From Clostridia bacterium (GTDB taxonomy: Bacteria > Bacillota > Clostridia > Oscillospirales > Acutalibacteraceae), in contig JAFVBH010000001.1 of NCBI GenBank assembly GCA_017480115.1, positions 7,809 to 71,808 of the forward strand: 64,000 bases of DNA, in the 5' to 3' direction. Of the stretch, positions 52,168 to 61,724 are shown piece after piece (position 1 is the stretch's first letter; each line of letters opens with the position of its first letter). The translations under genes and the position numbers were made by a program. The notes beneath the pieces are model-generated. The model saw only the letters and a list, made by a program, of their open reading frames with translations. It searched no databases and was not told the DNA's origin.

Positions 52168-53235
52168 TTATATTTTTGTCTTATTTGCCGATTTTGCCAG
52201 CGTCACGACAAATTTCGACCCGGCGCCGGGCGCGCTTTGCACGCTGATCTCGCCGCCGGTAATGTCCAGCGCCCGCCGAACGAGGGCAAGCCCCAAACCG
52301 TTGCCGCGCGTGGCGTGGGAGGAATCCCCCTGATAAAACTTTTCAAAAATATGCGCAACTGTCTCCTCTGACATACCGCAGCCGGTATCTGCCACCGTCA
52401 CCTCGACACGCGCCGCCGTTTCCTTGAGCGATACGCAAACCGTGCCGCCGTCCGCAGTGAATTTCAGCGCATTGGAAAACAAGTTATTCCAAACAAGGCT
52501 GAGCAAAGACGCGTCCGAATCCACGCAAATACCGTCGTTGATTGCCGTCTCGATTTGTATGTGCCGTCGTTCCCATTCATTTTCAAAGACCAGCAGACAC
52601 TCGCACAACTGATCGCTCAGACAGTATACCTGTTTTTCAGGGTAAATATTCTGATTCGCCAGCTTATTCAGCCGTAAAATATTTACGATCAGTTCACCCA
52701 GCGCGGTTGCGGAACGAGTGATCGCAGCCGCGTATTCCAGCCGCTTTTCCTCGCTCAGCTCCGGATCCTGCAGCAGCGTGCCGTAATTACCGATCACGGT
52801 CAGCGGGGTTTTCAGCTCATGGGAAACGTTGGCGATAAAATCGCTGCGCAGCGTCTCCACGCCGGAGAGCTCCTGCGCCAGCAAGTTAATTCCATTGATA
52901 ATAGGATTAAATTCATTTTTACCCAATGGGTCTTTGATGGGTTTGATCCGTTCCCGAAAATCGCCGTGCATGATCTTTTCGAGCGAACCGGTGATCCGCT
53001 CGATATTGCGTTCAACGGTCAACCGCCGATAAAGCACGTTGACGGCGGCAAACAGCGCGCATACAAAGAGCAGGTTTAAAAAGGTATATCTTGCGTTCGT
53101 GCGGATAATATCCACCTCCATCGGCGGCATGGTTCGCCAAAACACAAAAAACGACACTGACACGAAAAAACCGCCCGTCAGGAACAACAACAGGAACCTG
53201 ATGATAACGTACAACACCCTTTGTCCTTTTTTCAT
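52168..53235 (-). CDS. sensor histidine kinase
   Basis: Two N-terminal TM segments, a HAMP-like region, SHELKTPLTVI, GNGLGLALV. Confidence 0.9.
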   Translation of the reverse strand: MKKGQRVLYVIIRFLLLFLTGGFFVSVSFFVFWRTMPPMEVDIIRTNARYTFLNLLFVCALFAAVNVLYRRLTVERNIERITGSLEKIMHGDFRERIKPIKDPLGKNEFNPIINGINLLAQELSGVETLRSDFIANVSHELKTPLTVIGNYGTLLQDPELSEEKRLEYAAAITRSATALGELIVNILRLNKLANQNIYPEKQVYCLSDQLCECLLVFENEWERRHIQIETAINDGICVDSDASLLSLVWNNLFSNALKFTADGGTVCVSLKETAARVEVTVADTGCGMSEETVAHIFEKFYQGDSSHATRGNGLGLALVRRALDITGGEISVQSAPGAGSKFVVTLAKSANKTKI

Positions 53236-53903
53236 TTTAACACCGCCTTATATCCCAGACCATGCACAGTCACGATTTCAAAATCCTCACAGGCGGACAG
53301 CTTGTCCCGCAGCTTGGTAATATAAACGTCCACGGTACGGGGGCTTGAATCGGAATCCGCCCCCCAAAACTCGTCCATCAAATTTGCACGGGTAAAGGTC
53401 TTTTTGGGGTAGGACAGTAACTTGTAGAGCAGTTTAAATTCTCTTGCAGTCAGAACAATTTCCCGATCGCCCAGATAAGCGGTATGCTCGTCCGAATTCA
53501 TGCGGAAATCGCCCACGGTAATTGTTTTTTCCTGCGCGATTTTCGCCCTGCGCAGCAACGCGGAGATACGCAGCAGCAGCTCATTGAGATTGATGGGTTT
53601 GACCATATAATCGTCAATGCCCGCGTGAAAGCCCTTTTCCTTGGACGCAAAATCGTCCAGCGCCGTGACAAAGAGAATCGGAATCTCCCGGTTGATGCCC
53701 CGCACGGCGGCGGCAAATTCATATCCGTCTATATCCGGCATCATAATGTCAGATATAATCAGATCGTAGACCGTATCGTACATCGCGTCGTAGGCGTCCG
53801 CCGCGTTCAGGCAGCCCTTTGTTTCATATCCGTTTCGTTTTAAAAACATACGCAGCGTTTTATTCAGCTCCGCATCGTCCTCCACAACCAGTATTTTAAT
53901 CAT
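53232..53903 (-). CDS. OmpR-family response regulator
   Basis: KILVVEDD...DLIISDIMMPDIDG...C-terminal winged helix LTAREFKLLYKLL...VHGLGYK. AGGAG sits 9 nt before ATG 53903. Confidence 0.9.
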   Translation of the reverse strand: MIKILVVEDDAELNKTLRMFLKRNGYETKGCLNAADAYDAMYDTVYDLIISDIMMPDIDGYEFAAAVRGINREIPILFVTALDDFASKEKGFHAGIDDYMVKPINLNELLLRISALLRRAKIAQEKTITVGDFRMNSDEHTAYLGDREIVLTAREFKLLYKLLSYPKKTFTRANLMDEFWGADSDSSPRTVDVYITKLRDKLSACEDFEIVTVHGLGYKAVLK

Positions 53904-53984
53904 TGCAATCATCTCCTGCTATTATTGATTGTCGCATACCGATGTTAAGAAATTGTTGCGGTCCGGTCAGAAGTTTCAGAAAAT

Positions 53985-54023
53985 ATATCCGCACCCGCCG
54001 CAAAATGCAGCCGATGCGGATAT
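53985..54023 (-). terminator. hairpin after the DUF2974-like gene
   Basis: ATATCCGCA-N21-TGCGGATAT. The minus strand continues ATTTTCT. Confidence 0.5.
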
Positions 54024-54046
54024 GATGTTATGTATCAATATTTCGA

Positions 54047-55216
54047 TCAAACTAATTCTTTGATCATTGCGGGAACTTTCTTTACTTTTTTCGCTTCCCC
54101 GGCGACGGTTACGACCGCTTTGGCTGCGACGGAGACGAAATCTCCAACCATGCCGACCAACGCCTTTTTCGCGGGCTTGGAGACGGTTTTAAACGACTTT
54201 GCCATTTTCACCGCGGAAGCGCCCAGATCCGAACCAAGCTCCAGCAGCGTTTCAACGCCGGGCGCATACAGTACCGTGGTCACGATCTCATACATTGCCG
54301 CGATCTTTTCCGCGTCAAGCTTCGGCAGTATGCCGCCGAAGAATTTATCGTTCACCTTGCCGATGAAGGTCAGCTCGGGGCGGAAATCCGGTTCGGTACC
54401 GTTCACGCGCCAGGTATGCGCGTCGTGCTGAAACGGCGGCAAAATAACGCTGGACTTGACGACCTCATAATCGTCGTCATGGTACAGCAGCATGCCGACC
54501 AGCGAGGATTCGGGAACGAAGTGCTTGTAAATGGGCTTGATCGCCTCAAATTCGGCGCTGTGGATCACGTCGGCGGTATTAAAGCCGGGGCCGTCGTTAT
54601 TGTAAACGGCGATCAGCCTGTTTCTGACCTCCGGCGAGCAGTGCAGCGCGGCATAGGTCGCAAGATACGCGCCCTTGGAATGCCCGGCAACGATGATCTT
54701 CTTGTCGGGATACGCGGCGGCGGCAGCCTCCAGATAGTCCACGCAGAGCTGATGGGACGGAATATCGCCCTTGGCGAGAATGTCCAGATCCTCCTGCCAG
54801 CCGGCAATGGTATCGTCGGTACCGCGGAACAATACGATCATGAAATCGTCGTCTGCGGGCAGCAGCGTCATACCGGCGAACTGCACGACATTTTCAAGGC
54901 TGTAAACAGACCGGCAACCGGTGATCTTCATATCCGCAAAGCGGTGGAAATTCCGCAGCACCAGCAGCGTACGGAACGGGGAATCCTTCAGCAACAGCCC
55001 GACCGGCTCAATTTTATGGTCATGATAAGCGTAAAAATCATCGATCGCCTGCCCGAACGTCTTTTCCGGCACGGCTTCAAACACATCGGTGACGACCTTT
55101 TCGATCGGCGCGTACAGCGCGGCGCAGAGCACAAAACAGTCGTTTGGACGGAACGGAAGCTCTTTGAAAGAAAGATCTCCGTACTTACGGGCGTAATCAA
55201 CAACAACCTGCGGCAT
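54047..55216 (-). CDS. lipase-like alpha/beta-fold protein (DUF2974/Mbeg1-like)
   Basis: VLFRGTDDTIAGWQEDL...IIVAGHSKGAYLATYAA. AGGAG sits 7 nt before ATG 55216. Confidence 0.65.
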   Translation of the reverse strand: MPQVVVDYARKYGDLSFKELPFRPNDCFVLCAALYAPIEKVVTDVFEAVPEKTFGQAIDDFYAYHDHKIEPVGLLLKDSPFRTLLVLRNFHRFADMKITGCRSVYSLENVVQFAGMTLLPADDDFMIVLFRGTDDTIAGWQEDLDILAKGDIPSHQLCVDYLEAAAAAYPDKKIIVAGHSKGAYLATYAALHCSPEVRNRLIAVYNNDGPGFNTADVIHSAEFEAIKPIYKHFVPESSLVGMLLYHDDDYEVVKSSVILPPFQHDAHTWRVNGTEPDFRPELTFIGKVNDKFFGGILPKLDAEKIAAMYEIVTTVLYAPGVETLLELGSDLGASAVKMAKSFKTVSKPAKKALVGMVGDFVSVAAKAVVTVAGEAKKVKKVPAMIKELV

Positions 55217-55336
55217 ACTATCACTCCTAAACATATACAGATGATTTTATAATTTATTTAAGTGTAATATTTTTTCAAACATTTGTCAATTGCTATTTTT
55301 TTATGCAGTATATACATGCAACTGTGCGCAGTGATA

Positions 55337-56617
55337 TCAAGTTCTTTTCTCTGCCGACAGCGTATCGGAAAACTGTTTCAGATCGTCAAATACAGGCACG
55401 CCCGTCGGCGCGGGACACTGCTTTCCGCATCGTAAAAATATGGGCTTGCAGCCGGCGTTAATCCCCGCCTCGGCGTCGATGGGGTTATCCCCGACCATAT
55501 AGGACGCCGAGAGATCAATATGCAGTTCTTCCGCCGCGCGCAGCAGCATGCCTGGCGCGGGCTTGCGGCAGTCGCATTTGATCTTGTATTCCAAAATTTC
55601 TCCGGGAAACCCCGGCTCCGGGTAATGGGGACAGAAATACAACCCGTCGATATACGCCCCCTGCGCGCCTAACAACGTCTCCAGCCGGTCGTGAATCCGC
55701 CGCAGCTCGGCAAGCGTGCAATCTCCCCGCGCGATAACCGGCTGATTGGTGATGATAACAACCAAATATCCGGCTTTATTCATGCGACGAATCGCCGCTG
55801 CGGCGCCGGGGATCAGCTCCAGCGCCTGCGGGTCAGTAATCAACCCCTTGTAAACATTGACCGTGCCGTCCCGGTCTAAAAACACTGCACGCTGCAAGTT
55901 TTTTCTATGTTTCGCGGCGACAATGCCTGCCCGTATGTCCGCCTGCACCGCGCGCAAACGCGTCGGCGTGCCCATATCGCGCACGTATTCATAGCTGCGA
56001 TAAGCGAAAAGTCGCCTCGTTGCCAGAGCCGGACGCAGCAGATCGCGGTCAAGATCGGCATAGCCGTCCGCGCGGTACAAGTCCAACAGGCGCGGAGAAA
56101 GCAGTTGTATTCCCGCGTTGCAGAGATTCGCGCAGGCGGCAGGCGTTTCCTCTTTCGATATCAACGCGTTTATCCTGCCGCTTTCCTCCGCGCGGATCAG
56201 CGTGCTGTCAAAGGGGTGGTCGTTGGGGTGCGCCAATAACGTGGCAAGCGCGTTATTTTTCTCATGAAATGCGACCATATCACGAAGAGAAAAATCAAAG
56301 ATCAGATCGCCGCCGCAAAGCAGAAAATCCTCCGGAAGTCCCAGCGAGAACAGCGCCCCCGCCGTCCCCAAGGGCAAAGGCTCCCGATAATAAGTAATGT
56401 GTACACCAAAAGCGCTGCCGTCACCGAAATATGCTTCAATCCGTTCACCGAGGTACCCCGTCACAAGTATAAATTCCCGAACGCCTTCTTTCCGCAGCGT
56501 CTCGATCTGGTGCTGCAAGACGGGCTTTCCGCAAACGGGGATCATGGGCTTGGGTATATCCGGATATTCAGCGGCGATACGGCTGCCCCTGCCGCCTGCC
56601 AAAATCACAGCTTTCAT
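55337..56617 (-). CDS. bifunctional sugar-1-phosphate nucleotidyltransferase / HAD-IIIA (GmhB-like) phosphatase
   Basis: N-terminal MKAVILAGGRGSRI...PKPMIPVCGKPVL. C-terminal AVFLDRDGTVN...VIITNQPVIARG...FCPHYPE...CDCRKPAPGML...MVGDNPIDAEAG. Confidence 0.8.
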   Translation of the reverse strand: MKAVILAGGRGSRIAAEYPDIPKPMIPVCGKPVLQHQIETLRKEGVREFILVTGYLGERIEAYFGDGSAFGVHITYYREPLPLGTAGALFSLGLPEDFLLCGGDLIFDFSLRDMVAFHEKNNALATLLAHPNDHPFDSTLIRAEESGRINALISKEETPAACANLCNAGIQLLSPRLLDLYRADGYADLDRDLLRPALATRRLFAYRSYEYVRDMGTPTRLRAVQADIRAGIVAAKHRKNLQRAVFLDRDGTVNVYKGLITDPQALELIPGAAAAIRRMNKAGYLVVIITNQPVIARGDCTLAELRRIHDRLETLLGAQGAYIDGLYFCPHYPEPGFPGEILEYKIKCDCRKPAPGMLLRAAEELHIDLSASYMVGDNPIDAEAGINAGCKPIFLRCGKQCPAPTGVPVFDDLKQFSDTLSAEKRT

Positions 56618-56710
56618 AGCGCGCCTCCTTGCCGATGATTGTTTTCAGTTTAGCACAAAAAACGCGGCTTTACAACCCTGCCGACGCCGGGATTTCAGAC
56701 TGTGCGACGC

Positions 56711-56739
56711 TTGACAATCATTTTGCCGTATGATAAAAT
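56711..56739 (+). promoter_or_regulatory. promoter of the plus-strand sugar operon
   Basis: TTGACA, 17-nt spacer, TAAAAT. Confidence 0.55.
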
Positions 56740-56788
56740 TCAGATTAGATTTGGTATTTATGTTTAAAAAATAGCGGTGGGGTATTGT

Positions 56789-57724
56789 ATGGCAAACATT
56801 TTGGTTACCGGCGGCGCCGGTTATATCGGTTCTGTTCTTGTCCCTGCCTTATTGGCGCGGGGGCACCGGGTCACGGTGCTGGACAATTTTCTGTACCGGC
56901 AGGCGTCGCTGATCGATTGCTGCAAATACGATACCTTTACCGTGATGAACGGCGACTGCCGCAATGAAGCGATACTGCAAAAGGCGCTGGACAACAAGGA
57001 TTTCATCTTTCCGTTGGCTGCGCTGGTAGGATTCCCCGTTTGCGATCGGGACGCCGTCGCCGCAACAACTACAAATCTCGGCGCGGTGGAGACGCTGCTC
57101 AGACTGCGGCAAAAAGGGCAAAAAATCATTTTTCCCTGCACCAACAGCGGTTACGGTCTTGGACAGGGGCAATCCTACTGCACCGAGGCATCCCCCATTT
57201 CTCCCATATCTCTTTATGGAAAAACGAAAATGGCTGCCGAGGCTGCTATTTTACAGGCGGGTGATTCCGCAGCCTTCCGGTTTGCCACGTTGTTCGGCGC
57301 GTCGCCCCGTATGAGAATCGATCTTTTGGTCAACGATTTCGTTTACCGCGCGGTATTTGACCGTTCGCTGATCGTTTTTGAAGGGAAGTTTATGCGCAAC
57401 TATCTGCATGTCCGCGACGCTGCAAACGCCTTCATATTCACCATGGAGCATTTTGATAAAATGCAGGGACAGACCTATAATTGCGGTCTGAGCGACGCGA
57501 ATCTCTCCAAGCTGGAGCTATGCGCAAAGATCAAGGAGCATCTTCCTGCGTTTACCTATATGGAAGCCCCTGTCGGCGCGGATCCTGACAAGCGAAACTA
57601 CCTTGTATCCAATGCGCGGATCGAGGGTATGGGGTTCCGTCCGCAGTATTCCATTGATGACGGCATTGAGGAACTGATCAAGGTGTATTCGATCATAAAA
57701 AACTCCTTTTACGGAAATGTGTGA
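56789..57724 (+). CDS. NAD-dependent sugar epimerase/dehydratase (extended SDR)
   Basis: ILVTGGAGYIGS...YGKTK. Confidence 0.85.
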   Translation: MANILVTGGAGYIGSVLVPALLARGHRVTVLDNFLYRQASLIDCCKYDTFTVMNGDCRNEAILQKALDNKDFIFPLAALVGFPVCDRDAVAATTTNLGAVETLLRLRQKGQKIIFPCTNSGYGLGQGQSYCTEASPISPISLYGKTKMAAEAAILQAGDSAAFRFATLFGASPRMRIDLLVNDFVYRAVFDRSLIVFEGKFMRNYLHVRDAANAFIFTMEHFDKMQGQTYNCGLSDANLSKLELCAKIKEHLPAFTYMEAPVGADPDKRNYLVSNARIEGMGFRPQYSIDDGIEELIKVYSIIKNSFYGNV

Positions 57725-57729
57725 GTTTC

Positions 57730-58095
57730 ATGCAATTGATTGAAATATTAGAGCCGGATTTTTTCTTTGCCGACGACCGCGGCACACTGACGCAGATCGT
57801 CCGCGAGGGATACCGGCAGGTCAACGCCGTGTTTACAAAAAAAGGCGCCGTCCGGGGCAATTGGCATTACCACAAGGACAACGATGAAGCCTTTTATGTG
57901 ATCGCGGGACGAATCAGGGTTGCCGCTGCCTGCGGCGACGCCCGGGAGGAACAAACCTTTACCGGCGGCGATATGTTTCTGATCCCGGCAAATGTTAAAC
58001 ATTACTTTACCTACTTAGAGGACACCTACCTTGTCGTGCTGTATACAGACTGCGTCGAGCACGCAGACGGCACAAAGGATATTTATAACGATTGA
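57730..58095 (+). CDS. cupin-fold protein (sugar epimerase/isomerase-like)
   Basis: About 120 aa. RGNWHYHKDNDEAFYVIAGRIRV...GDMFLIPANVKH. Confidence 0.55.
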   Translation: MQLIEILEPDFFFADDRGTLTQIVREGYRQVNAVFTKKGAVRGNWHYHKDNDEAFYVIAGRIRVAAACGDAREEQTFTGGDMFLIPANVKHYFTYLEDTYLVVLYTDCVEHADGTKDIYND

Positions 58096-58117
58096 TTTTT
58101 GTAAAGGACGATGGGTG

Positions 58118-58843
58118 ATGGAAGCATACCGGCTGTCGGTGGTCATTCTTGCCGTTGACGAGACCTATTCCCTGCGCAATACGTTTAACAAGCTGGCAGC
58201 CGCAGACGCTGCCTGTGAATATCTGTTTATGTTATCACGGAATTGCACCCCCGCGTGCCTGGCGGTCGTAGAGGATATTTGCAAGCGCCCCGATTGCAGA
58301 TATATCATTCAGAGCGGGGACGGGCTCGGATATGCGATCAGAGAGGCGATTCAGGCAGTCCGGGGCACACATATCGTCATTTGGACCGGCGACGGCGGCG
58401 GCGCCGATCCGGCGGTATTCCCCGAAATGGTGCGTTTGTCCCACAAGTATTCGGAAAAAATTATATCTACCAGCAGATGGTTGCAAAAAGGCAGTTTTCA
58501 CGGCTATAATCCAATACGAAAAGTTGTCAACTTTCTTTCCCAAAAGATGTTTTCCGCTCTTTTTAAATCCGATTTAACGGACTTTACGAATATTATTCAA
58601 ATCGCGCCGATCACAGCATACAGAGGAATTAAATTGCAGGAAAACGGTTTTACAATCATACCGGAGCTGCAATTTAAATTGGTTAAGCTGGGGCGTCAAT
58701 TTCTTGAGATTCCCTGTATTGACAATACCCGGCAGGAAGGTCGCTCCCACGCGCCGTTTCGTGAATTAGCCGACTATTACAGAGTGATTCTTAAAATTCA
58801 CTGTATGGATATGAGTGATATTATAGCAGATGCGCAGTCATAA
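58118..58843 (+). CDS. family-2-like glycosyltransferase
   Basis: LSVVILAVDETYSLRNT start and about 240 aa length. The DxD-equivalent region is atypical. Confidence 0.55.
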   Translation: MEAYRLSVVILAVDETYSLRNTFNKLAAADAACEYLFMLSRNCTPACLAVVEDICKRPDCRYIIQSGDGLGYAIREAIQAVRGTHIVIWTGDGGGADPAVFPEMVRLSHKYSEKIISTSRWLQKGSFHGYNPIRKVVNFLSQKMFSALFKSDLTDFTNIIQIAPITAYRGIKLQENGFTIIPELQFKLVKLGRQFLEIPCIDNTRQEGRSHAPFRELADYYRVILKIHCMDMSDIIADAQS

Positions 58844-58907
58844 AAACGCAATTGCTTGGAATATGGAATGACATCCGCGCATATACGCCGACCATCGGAG
58901 GCTGCCA

Positions 58908-60821
58908 ATGAAAAAAATTTATTTTGTGCAGGTGGGATTTGCGTTTGACGGATCGGTTTACCTGCCGTACGCGGCGGGAACGATCATCGCCAACTGTCAG
59001 GCGGATCCCTGGATACAAAGTGAATATGAATTTACGGATATTATTTTTCAACGCGAGCGCTTGGCGACTGCGCTCGGCAAAATACAGGAGCCGTACCTTG
59101 TCGCGTTCTCCTGCAGCGTATGGAATATAGAATATAACAAAGCGCTGGCAACGCGGGTAAAGGAAATATACCCCCGCTGCATCATTGTTTTCGGCGGCCA
59201 TAGCGTCAGCGAAGACGCAGGATTATTATCAGAATGCCCCGCGATTGATTTCTTGATGTTCGGGGAAGGGGAAGCCACCTTCGCCGAGCTGCTGCACGGT
59301 CTTGCGGACAGCCGTCTGCAAAACGTACACGCCATCGCGTACCGTGATGCGGATCATAGGATCACCCGCACGCCCCGGCAATGCATCGAAAAGGATTTGC
59401 CATACCCGTCGCCGTATCTTACGCATGTATTTGATAAAATCATGCGGGAAAACCCCGACAAAGAGTTTTTAGCGGTTCTGGAAACCAATCGGGGCTGTCC
59501 GTATGCCTGCACCTACTGCGATTGGGTCAGCGGGAAAAAAATGCGGTTTTTTCCCATGGAAAAAATCACCGCAGAAATAGAATGGTTCGGTATACATAAA
59601 ATCGCCTACTGTTTCGGCGCGGATTCCAATTTCGGCATGTTTTCGAGGGATTCCGACATTACCGAGGCGTTGATTGCCGCTAAAAAAAAATACGGATACC
59701 CGGAGGTATTTCGCACATGTTATGAAAAAAACAGCGCGGATCGGGTGTTTGAAATTTGTTGCGCGCTCAATCGCGTGGGTATGGACAAGGGGGCGACGAT
59801 CTCCTATCAGACTCTCTCTCCGACAGCGCTGAAAAACATCGGCAGAAAAAATCTGACGATGGAGCATTTTTCCGCCTTGTTGAAAAAATACAACGAGGCG
59901 GGCATTCCCGCCTACTCTGAGTTGATCTTGGGCTTGCCCGGTGAAACCAGAGAGAGCTTCTGTGCGGGGATCTGTAAAATTTTAGAAAGCGGGCAGCACA
60001 ATTCCCTGAGCATTTACACCTGTGAAATGCTGCCGAACTCCGACATGGCGCAGCCGGACTATATCAAAAAACACGGCATTCAAGTGATTAAGGTCGCCTT
60101 TAACCATATACACAGCGCGCCGAAACAGGACGAGGAGGTGCAGGAATACTCCTACCTTGTCCGCTCCACCGCCACCATGCCCCCCGACGACTGGGTATCC
60201 GCACAACTGTTCTCCGCCTGTATTCAATGCTTTCACAGCCTAGGCGTTTTACGCTGCTTTGCGCTGTATTTATATTCGGAGCATATCGCCTCCTATTACG
60301 ATTTTTATAACGGTTTATTATCCTATATCATGAACGGCAGCGGTAAGCTCAGCGATCTCTGGCACAGCTTTCAGACAAAATATGAAAATTCCCTTGCAGG
60401 CGACTGGAACTATTATAACAAAAGCTTCGGCAATGTGACATGGTTCTTTGAGGAGGGCGCGTTTTTGGAGATCATCAGCGATCTCGACGCCTGCATGGAG
60501 GCGCTTGTGCCTTATTTGATGCGGTTTGATCTTTCTCCCGCTTTTTTTGAGCAGCTGATGCGGTATCAGAAGCTGATTCTCCGAAAGCCTTTCGTCACGG
60601 AGGAACACGGCATATTTGACTATGATTTTCCCGCCTATTTTGACAGTATCATCAAGGGAAATTATGCGCCCTTGAAAAGTTTGCAAACGACCGTCCGTAT
60701 ACAGCCACGCACGCGATACGACAGCATACCAGCGTATGCAAAGGAGATTGTATGGTTCGGCAGACGTCGCGGCGCAACTGTTTATAACGCGCAGGAAATA
60801 ACTGTGGAACAGAAAAAATAA
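58908..60821 (+). CDS. B12-binding-domain radical SAM enzyme (class B)
   Basis: N-terminal cobalamin-domain pattern VAFSCSVWN...IIVFGGHSVS...FGEGEATF, then LETNRGCPYACTYCDW. GGAGG sits 6 nt before the ATG. Confidence 0.9.
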   Translation: MKKIYFVQVGFAFDGSVYLPYAAGTIIANCQADPWIQSEYEFTDIIFQRERLATALGKIQEPYLVAFSCSVWNIEYNKALATRVKEIYPRCIIVFGGHSVSEDAGLLSECPAIDFLMFGEGEATFAELLHGLADSRLQNVHAIAYRDADHRITRTPRQCIEKDLPYPSPYLTHVFDKIMRENPDKEFLAVLETNRGCPYACTYCDWVSGKKMRFFPMEKITAEIEWFGIHKIAYCFGADSNFGMFSRDSDITEALIAAKKKYGYPEVFRTCYEKNSADRVFEICCALNRVGMDKGATISYQTLSPTALKNIGRKNLTMEHFSALLKKYNEAGIPAYSELILGLPGETRESFCAGICKILESGQHNSLSIYTCEMLPNSDMAQPDYIKKHGIQVIKVAFNHIHSAPKQDEEVQEYSYLVRSTATMPPDDWVSAQLFSACIQCFHSLGVLRCFALYLYSEHIASYYDFYNGLLSYIMNGSGKLSDLWHSFQTKYENSLAGDWNYYNKSFGNVTWFFEEGAFLEIISDLDACMEALVPYLMRFDLSPAFFEQLMRYQKLILRKPFVTEEHGIFDYDFPAYFDSIIKGNYAPLKSLQTTVRIQPRTRYDSIPAYAKEIVWFGRRRGATVYNAQEITVEQKK

Positions 60822-60833
60822 AGGACGGATCCT

Positions 60834-61724
60834 ATGCGATTGATCGTAGGCAGCGGCTTTTTAGGCAGCGCTCTGTTAAAATATACGGCGGCAAACACTG
60901 ACGCGCCGCTTCTTGCTACGGTGCGTGATCAGGCGCATATGCTGCCGGTCAGCGGTGTGACGTGGATATCTTGTGATATTACCCGGCATGGCGATCTGCA
61001 GCGGCTGGCGACGGCATGCGGCGGCGCACCGCTGACTGTGTTTTATTTCGCGGCATGCCACAATATTGATTATATTTTTGAACACCCGGCGGACGCATAC
61101 AGAATCAATATTGACGCGCTGCGGGATTTTCTGCACACCGTACCGAACATACAAACGCTGTTTTTTGCCTCCACGGACTGCGTTTACGGGGAACAGACCG
61201 CGGACTGCCCGCAATTCAGAGAAGAAACGCCGCTGCACCCCGTCAACATTTACGGTCGCCAAAAAGCGGAAGCAGAAGCCATCATACGCGCATATGGTTT
61301 TACAGCGGTACGATTGCCCTTTATGTTGGGTCCGTCACCGTTTCCGGATAAGCCCCATTTTTATGATACGATTCGGGAAAAACTCGAAAACGGCGAGCCG
61401 ATTGAGATGATCGACGGTATGCGCCGCTCTGTTCTGAGTTATCGGCAGGCGGCGGCATTGCTGTTTTCCCTGTCGCTGCTGCCTCGGGATCGAATCCCCG
61501 ACGTTATCAATCTCGGCGGTGATCAGAGCTACAGCAAATATGAAATGGGCTGCGCGCTGGCAAAGAAATTTCATGCGCCGACCTCTCTTGTTAAAAAAAT
61601 TACGGAAACACAGGGAGAAAAATTTTTCAAGGATCAACGGGCGTCTTCAGCAGTCATGGACAATACGCTGTTAAAGCGTCTGCTGGGGCTACGGGAACTT
61701 CGATGGGAGGAAGATATATGCTGA
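60834..61724 (+). CDS. NAD(P)-dependent sugar reductase/epimerase (SDR, RmlD-like size)
   Basis: MRLIVGSGFLGSAL...YGRQKAEAE. Confidence 0.7.
   Translation: MRLIVGSGFLGSALLKYTAANTDAPLLATVRDQAHMLPVSGVTWISCDITRHGDLQRLATACGGAPLTVFYFAACHNIDYIFEHPADAYRINIDALRDFLHTVPNIQTLFFASTDCVYGEQTADCPQFREETPLHPVNIYGRQKAEAEAIIRAYGFTAVRLPFMLGPSPFPDKPHFYDTIREKLENGEPIEMIDGMRRSVLSYRQAAALLFSLSLLPRDRIPDVINLGGDQSYSKYEMGCALAKKFHAPTSLVKKITETQGEKFFKDQRASSAVMDNTLLKRLLGLRELRWEEDIC

Noticed and set aside
59682-59690. A9 homopolymer inside the radical SAM gene as a phase-variation switch
   Set aside because: It simply encodes KKK in frame. A single moderate-length tract with no evidence of length heterogeneity is not enough to claim slippage.
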